Below, piece by piece: positions 1-7,822 of a stretch of DNA of 64,000 bases (its first letter is position 1; the number at the start of each line of letters is the position of its first letter). The position numbers were made by a program, and so were the translations under genes. The notes under the pieces are model-generated. The model searched no databases and was not told where the DNA came from. It worked only from the letters and a program-made list of their open reading frames with translations. The stretch is from Candidatus Brocadiia bacterium (GTDB lineage Bacteria > Planctomycetota > Brocadiia > CAIUPP01), in the NCBI GenBank assembly GCA_050015075.1, contig JBEKCB010000020.1, forward strand, positions 1 through 64,000. Reading direction: 5' to 3'.

Positions 1-114
1 TTCGCCTGGCTGGGAAACTTTCGCCGTTTGGTCGTTCGCTGGGATCGCAGTCTCACAATCTATAGTGGATTCTTTCACGTCGCATGCCTCATGATCACCC
101 TGAGGCAGTTATGA
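1..114 (+). CDS. IS5-family transposase, 3' end (partial, runs off the window)
   Basis: Frame +1 translates FAWLGNFRRLVVRWDRSLTIYSGFFHVACLMITLRQL*, matching the (VERT)FAWL..FRRL..RW(D/E)R C-terminus of IS5-family DDE transposases. It is not in the ORF track. Confidence 0.85.
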   Translation, partial: FAWLGNFRRLVVRWDRSLTIYSGFFHVACLMITLRQL

Positions 115-126
115 AACCGGTTCTAG
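1..126 (+). mobile_element. Right end of an IS5-family insertion sequence
   Basis: The transposase stop overlaps TATGAAACCGGTTCTAG, which resembles an IS5-type terminal inverted repeat ending at a CTAG/TA target. Confidence 0.7.
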
Positions 127-305
127 TCAACAATGGGTGCTGGAACCACATTGCTTTTGACTGGAGGGAAGTTGCAGGGCGCACTGGCGTCGCGGTATTC
201 GGAATGTCTGATTTCATGGGAGCGCTAAATTATGCGCAACTCACAATGTACGTCTCTCGCCAAGAGCGCGAAGAACGTCGTCACAAAAACCGCAGGTCGC
301 ATTGA
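123..305 (+). pseudogene. 3' remnant of a gene probably interrupted by the IS
   Basis: An open frame runs from the CTAG junction (LVNNGCWNHIAFDWREVAGRTGVAVFGMSDFMGALN...) to 305. The ORF-track start at 84 lies inside the IS. Confidence 0.4.
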
Positions 306-546
306 TGGCGTGCAAGTGTTCCTGTTCGGATCCTCGCGGTATCTCAATGATCCTTCAGATATTGACCTGCTCTTCGTTTATGATAAACAAAAACTTCAGC
401 CAGAACAGGCTTACATGCGCGTTCGTCCAATCGTTAAAGCCGTTTCAAAGAAAACAGGTGTTCCTGTCCATCCCGTAATCCTGACGAAAGAGGAGGAACG
501 CGCCACAAAGTTCATTAAAAGTGTAAAGCCTGTTGTTATGCTATAG
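232..546 (+). CDS. Minimal nucleotidyltransferase (MNT, pol-beta superfamily)
   Basis: 104 aa with the VFLFGS...SDIDLL motif (GS + DxD); lower GC than the flanks. Confidence 0.75.
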   Translation: MRNSQCTSLAKSAKNVVTKTAGRIDGVQVFLFGSSRYLNDPSDIDLLFVYDKQKLQPEQAYMRVRPIVKAVSKKTGVPVHPVILTKEEERATKFIKSVKPVVML

Positions 547-619
547 TGGCAATGAAGGGTGAATCTTTCATTGTGTGGTGAGTAATTGATTCTCGATGCT
601 AATGGCGCGTCCTATTCGC

Positions 620-850
620 TTACGCCGGCAGCAAGTAAACCCGTTCACTCTTGAGAATCTCGCTGGCGTAGGCGAGGCATGCCCGGATGTCTTCGGGTTT
701 CAGATGGTCGTATTCCTTGAGCACTTCCTCCGTCGTCCACCCGCGCGCCAGAAGGTCCACCACGAACTCCACGGAAATTCGGGTGCCCTTGATGATCGGC
801 TTGCCTACCAGGATATCAGGGTCAACGACGATTCGCTTCCGCCAGTCCAT
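620..850 (-). CDS. DUF433 family protein (putative antitoxin)
   Basis: RIVVDPDILVGKPIIKGTRISV...EEVLKEY..L..EDIRACLAYA is the typical DUF433 pattern. Confidence 0.9.
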   Translation of the reverse strand: MDWRKRIVVDPDILVGKPIIKGTRISVEFVVDLLARGWTTEEVLKEYDHLKPEDIRACLAYASEILKSERVYLLPA

Positions 851-972
851 GTCATTCTCCTTTCGCCGGCTGCACCGCTTTCAAGTTCATCTAATCACAA
901 TATTGAGGCTGGCGCAACTGCCGGCGCCGTGCGTTATGGCCATCGAGAACGATGCGCCTGGGGATTCGTCCG

Positions 973-2343
973 TCACCCGCCGCGCCCCGCCACGCTCAGC
1001 GCCTCGAAGCAGACGTACGGCAGTTCCGCCGAGCCGTGCCATTCGGTCTCGGCGGAGAGGTCGCGGATGTGGTTGAAGGCGTCGAACGCGTTGCCCGCGA
1101 GCATGCAGTCCTTCACCCGGCCGACGATCTCGCCGTTCTCGATCAGGAACCCCAGCTCGACGTTGACGGAGAACGCGCCGGCGAGGACGTTCGACTGGCC
1201 TGCGCCGAGCGCCGCCTCGATCAGCAGCCCGCGCTTAAGGCCGGAGAGGATTTTCCGGTACGGCGTTGAGCCGCCGGCGAGCCGCACGTTCGCGTTCCCG
1301 GGCGACGGGGCGCTCGAGTAGCCCCGCACGCCGTTGCCGGTGGAACGCGCGCCCATGTGGCCGGCGGTCTGCAGGTCGTAGAGGAATTCCTTCAGCACGC
1401 CGTTCTCGAAGATCGGCTTGCGCCGCGCCGGCACGCCCTCGTCGTCCACGGCCATCGAGCCGGGCCGGTAGTCCACGAGCGGATCGTCCCAAAGCGTCAC
1501 GCGCGGGTCGAGCACGCGCTCGCCCAGCCGCTTCGCCAGGACCGAGGCGCCCTTCTGCACCACCTTGCCGTTCGTGTTCGTCTCGAACGTAGCCAGCAGG
1601 AAATCCAGCGCATTCGGCGTGAACAGCACCGGCATCTCCTCCGCGCCGAGCTTGACCTCGCGCTCGGACAGCCGCAGCCACTCGAGGACCTTGTCGGCGT
1701 GGCGCATGAGGTCGGCGGAGAAGCGGCAGGAGTCCTCGCCTTCGTCCACCCACAGGAAGCTCTCGCCGCGCACGAGGAAGGCCGAGACGCCCATCGCAAA
1801 ATGGGTGGACGGCTCCTCGTGGTGAAGTCCCGCCGAGTTGCAGAGCACGCTGCGCCCGGACTCGCGGCCGACGCCGCCGCCGCAGTGCGCCTCCGGAGAG
1901 CGCTCGAGCACGCGCGCCACCGCGCCCTTCATCATCTCCACGGCGCGCTCCATCGGCAGCTCCGCCGCGGCCGCGTCGTACACCTTGACCGCCGAGCCGC
2001 CGGTCGCGGCGCCGGGGAACTGGAACCGCGCCTCCTGGCCGAACCCCGCGCTGTCGAGCGCGTTCGCGACCAGGCGGTCCACACTTTCGAAATCGTTCGT
2101 GCAGGAAAACCCCAGCCGGCCGCGATGGATCACCCGCAGGCCCACGCCGCTCGACGAGCTGCCGGAGACCGACTTGAGCTGGTTGTCCTGGAACCGCACC
2201 CCGGCGCTCTCCGCCTCGTCGTAGAGCACTTCGGCGGAGTCGGCTTTTTTCCGCGCCTGTTCGAGGATTTTCTGAGCGATGTCGCCGGCGTTGTCGAACA
2301 AATGGATCTCCTTTTTCAACGCGTCTTCATCCGTCCTCTTCAC
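973..2343 (-). CDS. pmbA: TldE/PmbA family peptidase subunit
   Basis: Contains DDEGVP, STGNG and G.FS...G.LIENGEI...GN motifs, lacks HExxxH, and overlaps tldD by 4 nt. Confidence 0.85.
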   Translation of the reverse strand: MKRTDEDALKKEIHLFDNAGDIAQKILEQARKKADSAEVLYDEAESAGVRFQDNQLKSVSGSSSSGVGLRVIHRGRLGFSCTNDFESVDRLVANALDSAGFGQEARFQFPGAATGGSAVKVYDAAAAELPMERAVEMMKGAVARVLERSPEAHCGGGVGRESGRSVLCNSAGLHHEEPSTHFAMGVSAFLVRGESFLWVDEGEDSCRFSADLMRHADKVLEWLRLSEREVKLGAEEMPVLFTPNALDFLLATFETNTNGKVVQKGASVLAKRLGERVLDPRVTLWDDPLVDYRPGSMAVDDEGVPARRKPIFENGVLKEFLYDLQTAGHMGARSTGNGVRGYSSAPSPGNANVRLAGGSTPYRKILSGLKRGLLIEAALGAGQSNVLAGAFSVNVELGFLIENGEIVGRVKDCMLAGNAFDAFNHIRDLSAETEWHGSAELPYVCFEALSVAGRGG

Positions 2344-3707
2344 TGTCCCCCGATCACCACGTCGCGGATGCGGATATGCGGGCCGCCGTCGGCGACGCGC
2401 AGCGGCGACTGTCCGCCCTTGCCGCAGCCGCCGAGCCCGCCGTACATCTTCAGGTCATTCCCGATCGCGTCAATGTGTTCGAGCGTGTAGAACACGTTGC
2501 CGGTCAGCACCACGTCGCGCACGCGCTCGGCCAGCTTGCCGTTGCGGACGCGGAACGCCTCCTCGGAGGAGAAACTGAACATCTCCATGTCGGTCTGTCC
2601 GCCGAGGAACCCTTTGGCGTAAAGGCCGTCGGCCGTCTCGGCGAGCATGCGCTCGAACGGATAGTCGCGCGGCTCCATGTAGGTGTTGCTCATGCGGACG
2701 ATCGGCTCGTGTCCGTAGCTGATCGCGCGCGCGTTGCCGGTGGGCGCTTCGCCCATGAGTGCGGCGGTCTCGCGCGAGTGCAGCCGCCCGGTGAGCTTGC
2801 CCTCGCGCAGCAGGTAGGTCTTGCGGCTCGGGACGCCCTCGCCGTCGAACCGGTAGCTGCCCGCCTCGGAGGGCAGCGTCGCGTCGTCCACGATGGAGAG
2901 CTGCTCGCCGCCGAACCGGCGTCCGAGCTTCATCATCTCCTTGAGCCGCTCGTGCTCGTAGATGAAATCCGCCTCGCTCAGGTGGCCGAACGCCTCGTGC
3001 ACGAACACGCCGGTGAGGTGCGGGTCGCAGAGGACGGTGTATTTGCCGGCCTCGACCGGTTTCGCGGTCAGGAGTTCCACCGCCTGGCGCGCGGCCTCCT
3101 CGCATTTGGCCTCGAGATGGCGGCAGATCTGGAACCCGCGCAGGTCGCCGACGCCGTAGCGGCCGGTCTGGACGTTCGAGCCTTCCATGGCGATCGCGCT
3201 GAGCGACACGCCGCAGAACGCCACTTCCTGCTCGATCGCCGTGCCCTCGGAGTTGACGAAAGTCACCGATCCGGCCGAATCCATGTAACGCGCGGAGGCG
3301 GTCTGGATTTTCGGCGAGGCGGCGCGCAGGATTTCGTTGTAGCGCCGGCAGAGAGACTCCTTCTCGGCGAGCGTGACCCTGGCCGGGTCCTCCTTCGGCG
3401 CGGCGGCGAAATGTCCGGACTGCGGCGGCACCGGCGCCAGGCGCGCGCTGCCGCCGCCGATCAGCCGGGCCTGGTCGCGCGCCATCCGCACGAAGCGCGG
3501 CATGTCGGCGATATTATTGAACGAGCAGAATCCCCACGCGCCGTTCACGAGCACGCGCACGCACCCGCCGAGCGCCGTGCTTTCGCCGATCGTCTCGAGT
3601 TCCTTGCCGACGTAGCTGACGCTCGTCCCGCGCCCGCGATGCACGCGCGCCTCGGCGTAGTCCATTCCGGCGACGCCGGCGAGCGCCTTGCGAATCATCT
3701 CTTCCAT
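2340..3707 (-). CDS. tldD: TldD family metalloprotease
   Basis: Contains the HEAFGHLSEAD metal-binding motif, FDGEG, PTGNARA, RMSNTY and the C-terminal GCGKGGQ...GGPH. Confidence 0.9.
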   Translation of the reverse strand: MEEMIRKALAGVAGMDYAEARVHRGRGTSVSYVGKELETIGESTALGGCVRVLVNGAWGFCSFNNIADMPRFVRMARDQARLIGGGSARLAPVPPQSGHFAAAPKEDPARVTLAEKESLCRRYNEILRAASPKIQTASARYMDSAGSVTFVNSEGTAIEQEVAFCGVSLSAIAMEGSNVQTGRYGVGDLRGFQICRHLEAKCEEAARQAVELLTAKPVEAGKYTVLCDPHLTGVFVHEAFGHLSEADFIYEHERLKEMMKLGRRFGGEQLSIVDDATLPSEAGSYRFDGEGVPSRKTYLLREGKLTGRLHSRETAALMGEAPTGNARAISYGHEPIVRMSNTYMEPRDYPFERMLAETADGLYAKGFLGGQTDMEMFSFSSEEAFRVRNGKLAERVRDVVLTGNVFYTLEHIDAIGNDLKMYGGLGGCGKGGQSPLRVADGGPHIRIRDVVIGGQ

Positions 3708-3745
3708 TCATCGGCTCCTGATCGTGGAATGCATCAGTTCTCTAC

Positions 3746-3834
3746 GTCATTCCCGCGAACGCGGGAATCCAGGTGATCGGCTTGCGACTTGCCCGCCGGA
3801 GGAAGTTCTGGATTCCCGCTTTCGCGGGAATGAC
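3746..3834. repeat. REP-like inverted doublet (GTCATTCCCGCGAA-GCGGGAATCCAG family)
   Basis: GTCATTCCCGCGAACGCGGGAATCCAG (3746-3772) and the inverted copy CTGGATTCCCGCTTTCGCGGGAATGAC (3808-3834). Confidence 0.85.
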
Positions 3835-3849
3835 AGATAGAGAGTCGCG

Positions 3850-3921
3850 TCAGCGGACGAGCTTATCAAATTCCTCCTCGCCGATCACTTTCACTCCCAG
3901 CTTCCGTGCCTTGGCGAGCTG
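3850..3921 (-). pseudogene. Stranded C-terminal stub (BRCT end) of a previous ligA
   Basis: The minus strand reads QLAKARKLGVKVIGEEEFDKLVR*, like the classic LigA terminus (GSK)LAKA.KLGV.(V/I)..EEEF. It has no start or upstream body. Confidence 0.75.
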
Positions 3922-3969
3922 AGCGCTCAGTTTCAGCCGAACGCAACAAGGTTGCTTTGGAGTGAAGCC

Positions 3970-5235
3970 TCAATCCACCATCACTCCTATGGCCTGCCAG
4001 AATACCGGCTCATGCATGATTCGCGTTCCGTATTTTCGTGCTATCTTGGCCTTCCCTGACTCGGTATAAGGATCCGCTACGACCAAAATGTCCAATTGCT
4101 TGGTCACTGTCTCCGCTACTACCAGACCGCGTTCCTCCGCAAGTCGCTCTGCCATTTCCCGCGATATTTGCATACCCTCCAGCGTGCATTGAGACTCTCC
4201 GGTAAAGCAAACGCTTTTCCCTCGAAGCTCGGCTGAAGTTGCAGCGGTAGGCCGAGGTTTCTCTTCCATTCGCTTGTCAGGCATCTTTCTTTTTGTGATT
4301 GTCAAAGCCTGTTCCAAAAAAGACTGCCCAACTCCCAAAAGATGTGCAAACGACTCAAGTTCGCGCCGCTGTGAGTTGGAGATTGCTCCGTGATCAAGAG
4401 CAGCCTTCGCGAGTTTGGCAATATATTCGCGATGTATTCGCCCGACGATCACTCCGCTCAGTTCGGAATGGGTGGCCCAATCGACAAGTAATGCACCCTC
4501 AGCTTCATCCACCCTACCGCTCTCCAGTACATGGTCGAGCAGCGCCATGTACGAGAGGAGTGAAGCATCGGTTGGTTGATCGGCCGCACCGACCAGCGAC
4601 GCAAGTTTCCGCAAGTAGAAGGGTTCCTGCGCCTGCCTCTTGCGCGATTCTGCGCGCGTAATTGTCTGCACTTCGCTCTTGGGCAGTGACGGCCAAGGAA
4701 TCGGCGCCATCCCAGACAGCTTCGCGCTCAAGCCGGGCTTGATCTCCAAGAGCTTTGACAATAGCTTTGTTGCGGCCCTAGCGTCATGCAATGCTGAATG
4801 CAACTCACCTTGTAACGCCACGTCATATTGACAGCAGCAATGCTGTAGATTTCCTCCTCCGGCAAGCCTCATTGTACAAAGATAGTGACATTTCGGCAGG
4901 TTAATTCCCAGGCGGGCGAATTCCGTTTCAAGGAAGGAAAGATCGAAGTGAACGTTATGTCCCGCTAGCACACTGGTACCGCGAAGGAAATCACACAGCA
5001 GGCCGGCGATATCTTCAAAGCGAGGTGCCGCAAGCACATCGGCAGCCGTCAGCCCGTGAATGCTTGTTGGTCCCATATCCCTCCCGGGATTGACGAGCGT
5101 CACAAACTCTGAATGCGATGAACTGCCGTCTGGCCGCAGCAAGACGGTGGCGATTTCTACAATGCGATCGTTGCGGTACGGGTTCAATCCCGTCGTCTCA
5201 ACATCTATGACGGCGATGTTGTGCATCGCGCTCAC
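3970..5235 (-). CDS. DEDDh 3'-5' exonuclease (DnaQ-like) with a central helical (TerB-like) region and a C-terminal BRCT domain
   Basis: Exo motifs IDVETTG, GHNVHFD and HSALHDA; BRCT motifs GKSVCFTG, VTKQLDILVV, SGKAKIARKYG and FW; lower GC. Confidence 0.85.
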   Translation of the reverse strand: MSAMHNIAVIDVETTGLNPYRNDRIVEIATVLLRPDGSSSHSEFVTLVNPGRDMGPTSIHGLTAADVLAAPRFEDIAGLLCDFLRGTSVLAGHNVHFDLSFLETEFARLGINLPKCHYLCTMRLAGGGNLQHCCCQYDVALQGELHSALHDARAATKLLSKLLEIKPGLSAKLSGMAPIPWPSLPKSEVQTITRAESRKRQAQEPFYLRKLASLVGAADQPTDASLLSYMALLDHVLESGRVDEAEGALLVDWATHSELSGVIVGRIHREYIAKLAKAALDHGAISNSQRRELESFAHLLGVGQSFLEQALTITKRKMPDKRMEEKPRPTAATSAELRGKSVCFTGESQCTLEGMQISREMAERLAEERGLVVAETVTKQLDILVVADPYTESGKAKIARKYGTRIMHEPVFWQAIGVMVD

Positions 5236-5254
5236 CCTCGATCAGGACTTGGTG

Positions 5255-7759
5255 TCAGAAGAGCCGCCCTGCCTTTGCCCGTGTGACATGTTTCTCTGGC
5301 TTGGAAGTGTCATTGTGTCCGAGCATGGTCAGCATTTCTGCCTCGCTGATAGCCTTCACCGCAAGAGCGCGAGCCTTCTCCAATTTCGAGCCGGGATTCT
5401 CACCAACAACGAGGTAATCCGTCTTCCTGCCGACGCTTTCACTTATCGACGCGCCCGCCCGGCGTAAGGCTTCTTGCGCCTCAGGCCGCGTAAACTTCTT
5501 AAGCGAGCCAGTTACCACCACAGTCTTTCCAACAAAGGGTCCTTCGAGGATAGGCTCCGCACGATCTTCTTTCATCTTCAGACCAGCCTCGCGCAGTTTT
5601 GCTATCAGCGCTTCGCTGCGAGGATTGCGAAAGAAGTCGTATACGCTTTGAGCGACAACTGTTCCGATGTCATTTACCTTCCGTAGTTCCTCGGCGCTGG
5701 CTCGAGCCAACTTGCCCATGTCCAAGAAATGCTCCGCAAGCTTCCGGGCGTTGGTTGCGCCGACATGTTTGATTCCCAGTCCATTAATTAAGCGCCATAA
5801 ATCACGCTCCTTGCTGGCCCCAATTGCTTTTATTATGCTGACGGCACTGAGGCCTTCCTCCTCTGACCTGTATTTTGCTATTATTTCGGCGCTCGCAGGA
5901 TTGGCGAAGAATCTGTGTATCATTTCAGCGAGTGCCGCGTCTACTGCACCGGTTTTCAGCAAGGCTTCCACGCTTGCGCCTTCAATTGCATCGAAGTTCC
6001 TGAAGCGCTCTGTTAGCTTACGCGCCGCTTGTTCCTCGACCTCTATCGCGTTTCGTCGGAGAAGATTCCGCAGTGTGCGCCATAACTCCCGTTTGGCGTC
6101 CGGCTTACGGATGAGGCTGTCGAGGGTGGTCCTGTCGAGCGAATACAAGTCGGCGAAATCCTTGACCACACCCTTCTCAACGAGAAGGTTTATTAACTCC
6201 GGGCCAAGCCCCTCGATGTTCATGGCACCACGGGATGCGAAAAAGACAAGGCGCGCCGTCAACATAGCTGGACAAAGCGGAAAAACGCAGCGGTAGCTTG
6301 TACTCACGCGCTCTGGCACGCATACTTTCCTCAGTTCGACCGGAGACTTGCAGGTATTGACTGGGCATAGTGTGCGTTCTTTGGCAACGCCTTTCGACCT
6401 CGGAAGTGTTTTCCAGTCTTTAGCCCTGATGCAGCTATTGTTCGTGCAGCGGTACTGGAGCTTTTCGTAGGCTTCTTCTTTGCGCTCCTCGACGAGGATC
6501 TTTTCCCGACAAACAGAACATGTCTTGGGAGGAAGGATGTCTTTGCCCTTGTGGTGAACGGCAACCTTTACAACTTGCGGAATTATCTCTCCAGCCTTTT
6601 CGATCAGGACGTCGTCGCCAAGGTGGACGCCCTTTCTTCTGATCTCGTTAATGTTGTGCAAAGTCGCATTCGCTACTTTTGTTCCTGCCAATCGCACCGG
6701 ACTGAGCCGAGCCACAGGCGTGAGTATTCCGGTTCTGCCGACCTGCCAATCAACTTCGAGCAGCCTCGTTGTGACTTTTTCCGGCTCAAACTTGAAAGCT
6801 ATCATGCCGACTGGCGCCTTGCTGGTTTCGCCGAGCAGCTCCTGTTGCTTTAGAGAGTTGACTTTTATGACCATGCCATCCCATGCATAAGCAAGCGTGG
6901 TTCTTAGCTTATCCCATTCTTTCGTGAGAGTTATAACTTCCTCAATCGAACCGCAAAGCTTCCTGTGCGGATTGACCGGCAGTCCGAACTTCATGAGGGT
7001 CGTTAGGATTTCCCACTGCGTGTCGAAAGTAACACCTTTTGTCTCGCCGATCGCATAAGCGAAGAAAAGCAACCCGCGCCTCGCGGTTATGCGTGAGTCG
7101 AGGAGTTTTAGGGAACCGGCCGTTGCATTTCGCGGATTGGCGAAAAGCGGAGCGCCTGCCTCCTTGCGTTCCTTGTTGCACTTCTGGAGAGATTTATAAG
7201 ACATGTAGGCTTCGCCACGTATTTCAAGGACATCAGGCGGTTCGTTGATGTGGAGAGCTGCTGGTATGGCGCGGACCGTTCTGACGTTTTGTGTCACGTC
7301 ATCGCCTTTCTCACCGTCGCCTCGTGTGGCGGCAAGTGTAAGACTGCCTCTCTCGTATCGAAGTGAGAGGGCTACGCCATCGACTTTCGGCTCCACGACA
7401 TATTGCAGCTTGTCATGGTTCCCCTTTTTGGCCAGATCCTGATGAACGCGCTTATCAAAGGGGAGCAGTTTATCCGCCGATAACGCCTTGGCGATACTAC
7501 GCATTGGAACTGCATGGCGTACGGACTTAAAGGCAGCAAGGGGTTCGCCGCCGACGCGCTGCGTCGGGGAATCGGGCGTGATCAGATCAGGATGGTGCGC
7601 CTCTAAATCCTCGAGTTGCTCCATCAGGAGATCGTACTCGTGATCCGAGATTTCCGGCGCGTCCTCGACGAAGTACTTCTGGTCGTGGTAGCGAATCGTC
7701 TCGCGGAGCTTTTCGATCTGCTGCTCCACATTGCTCGCCGTCGATTTCTCTTTGCCCAT
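5255..7759 (-). CDS. ligA: NAD-dependent DNA ligase, extended (834 aa)
   Basis: Contains SPTQRVGG, EPKVDG (adenylated Lys), TRGDG, EIRGE, NPRNA, DGMVIK, VGRTG, ATLHN, AGEIIP, HhH motifs and a BRCT domain (VVTGSL...GSKL). Confidence 0.95.
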   Translation of the reverse strand: MGKEKSTASNVEQQIEKLRETIRYHDQKYFVEDAPEISDHEYDLLMEQLEDLEAHHPDLITPDSPTQRVGGEPLAAFKSVRHAVPMRSIAKALSADKLLPFDKRVHQDLAKKGNHDKLQYVVEPKVDGVALSLRYERGSLTLAATRGDGEKGDDVTQNVRTVRAIPAALHINEPPDVLEIRGEAYMSYKSLQKCNKERKEAGAPLFANPRNATAGSLKLLDSRITARRGLLFFAYAIGETKGVTFDTQWEILTTLMKFGLPVNPHRKLCGSIEEVITLTKEWDKLRTTLAYAWDGMVIKVNSLKQQELLGETSKAPVGMIAFKFEPEKVTTRLLEVDWQVGRTGILTPVARLSPVRLAGTKVANATLHNINEIRRKGVHLGDDVLIEKAGEIIPQVVKVAVHHKGKDILPPKTCSVCREKILVEERKEEAYEKLQYRCTNNSCIRAKDWKTLPRSKGVAKERTLCPVNTCKSPVELRKVCVPERVSTSYRCVFPLCPAMLTARLVFFASRGAMNIEGLGPELINLLVEKGVVKDFADLYSLDRTTLDSLIRKPDAKRELWRTLRNLLRRNAIEVEEQAARKLTERFRNFDAIEGASVEALLKTGAVDAALAEMIHRFFANPASAEIIAKYRSEEEGLSAVSIIKAIGASKERDLWRLINGLGIKHVGATNARKLAEHFLDMGKLARASAEELRKVNDIGTVVAQSVYDFFRNPRSEALIAKLREAGLKMKEDRAEPILEGPFVGKTVVVTGSLKKFTRPEAQEALRRAGASISESVGRKTDYLVVGENPGSKLEKARALAVKAISEAEMLTMLGHNDTSKPEKHVTRAKAGRLF

Positions 7760-7822
7760 TTTCGGCCCCTTCCCTCACGCGGTCGTCGCTGCGCGCAGCC
7801 TGAGCCTTGGCGGTGAAAAATT

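Noticed and set aside
973-3707. TldD/TldE as part of a RiPP cluster
   Set aside because: No precursor peptide, YcaO or radical SAM gene is adjacent, so this looks like a housekeeping pair.
5860-6520. Intein in ligA explaining the extra length
   Set aside because: No C/S...HN-C/S/T splice junctions or LAGLIDADG motifs were seen. The extra length is accounted for by Cys-rich and HhH-like inserts.
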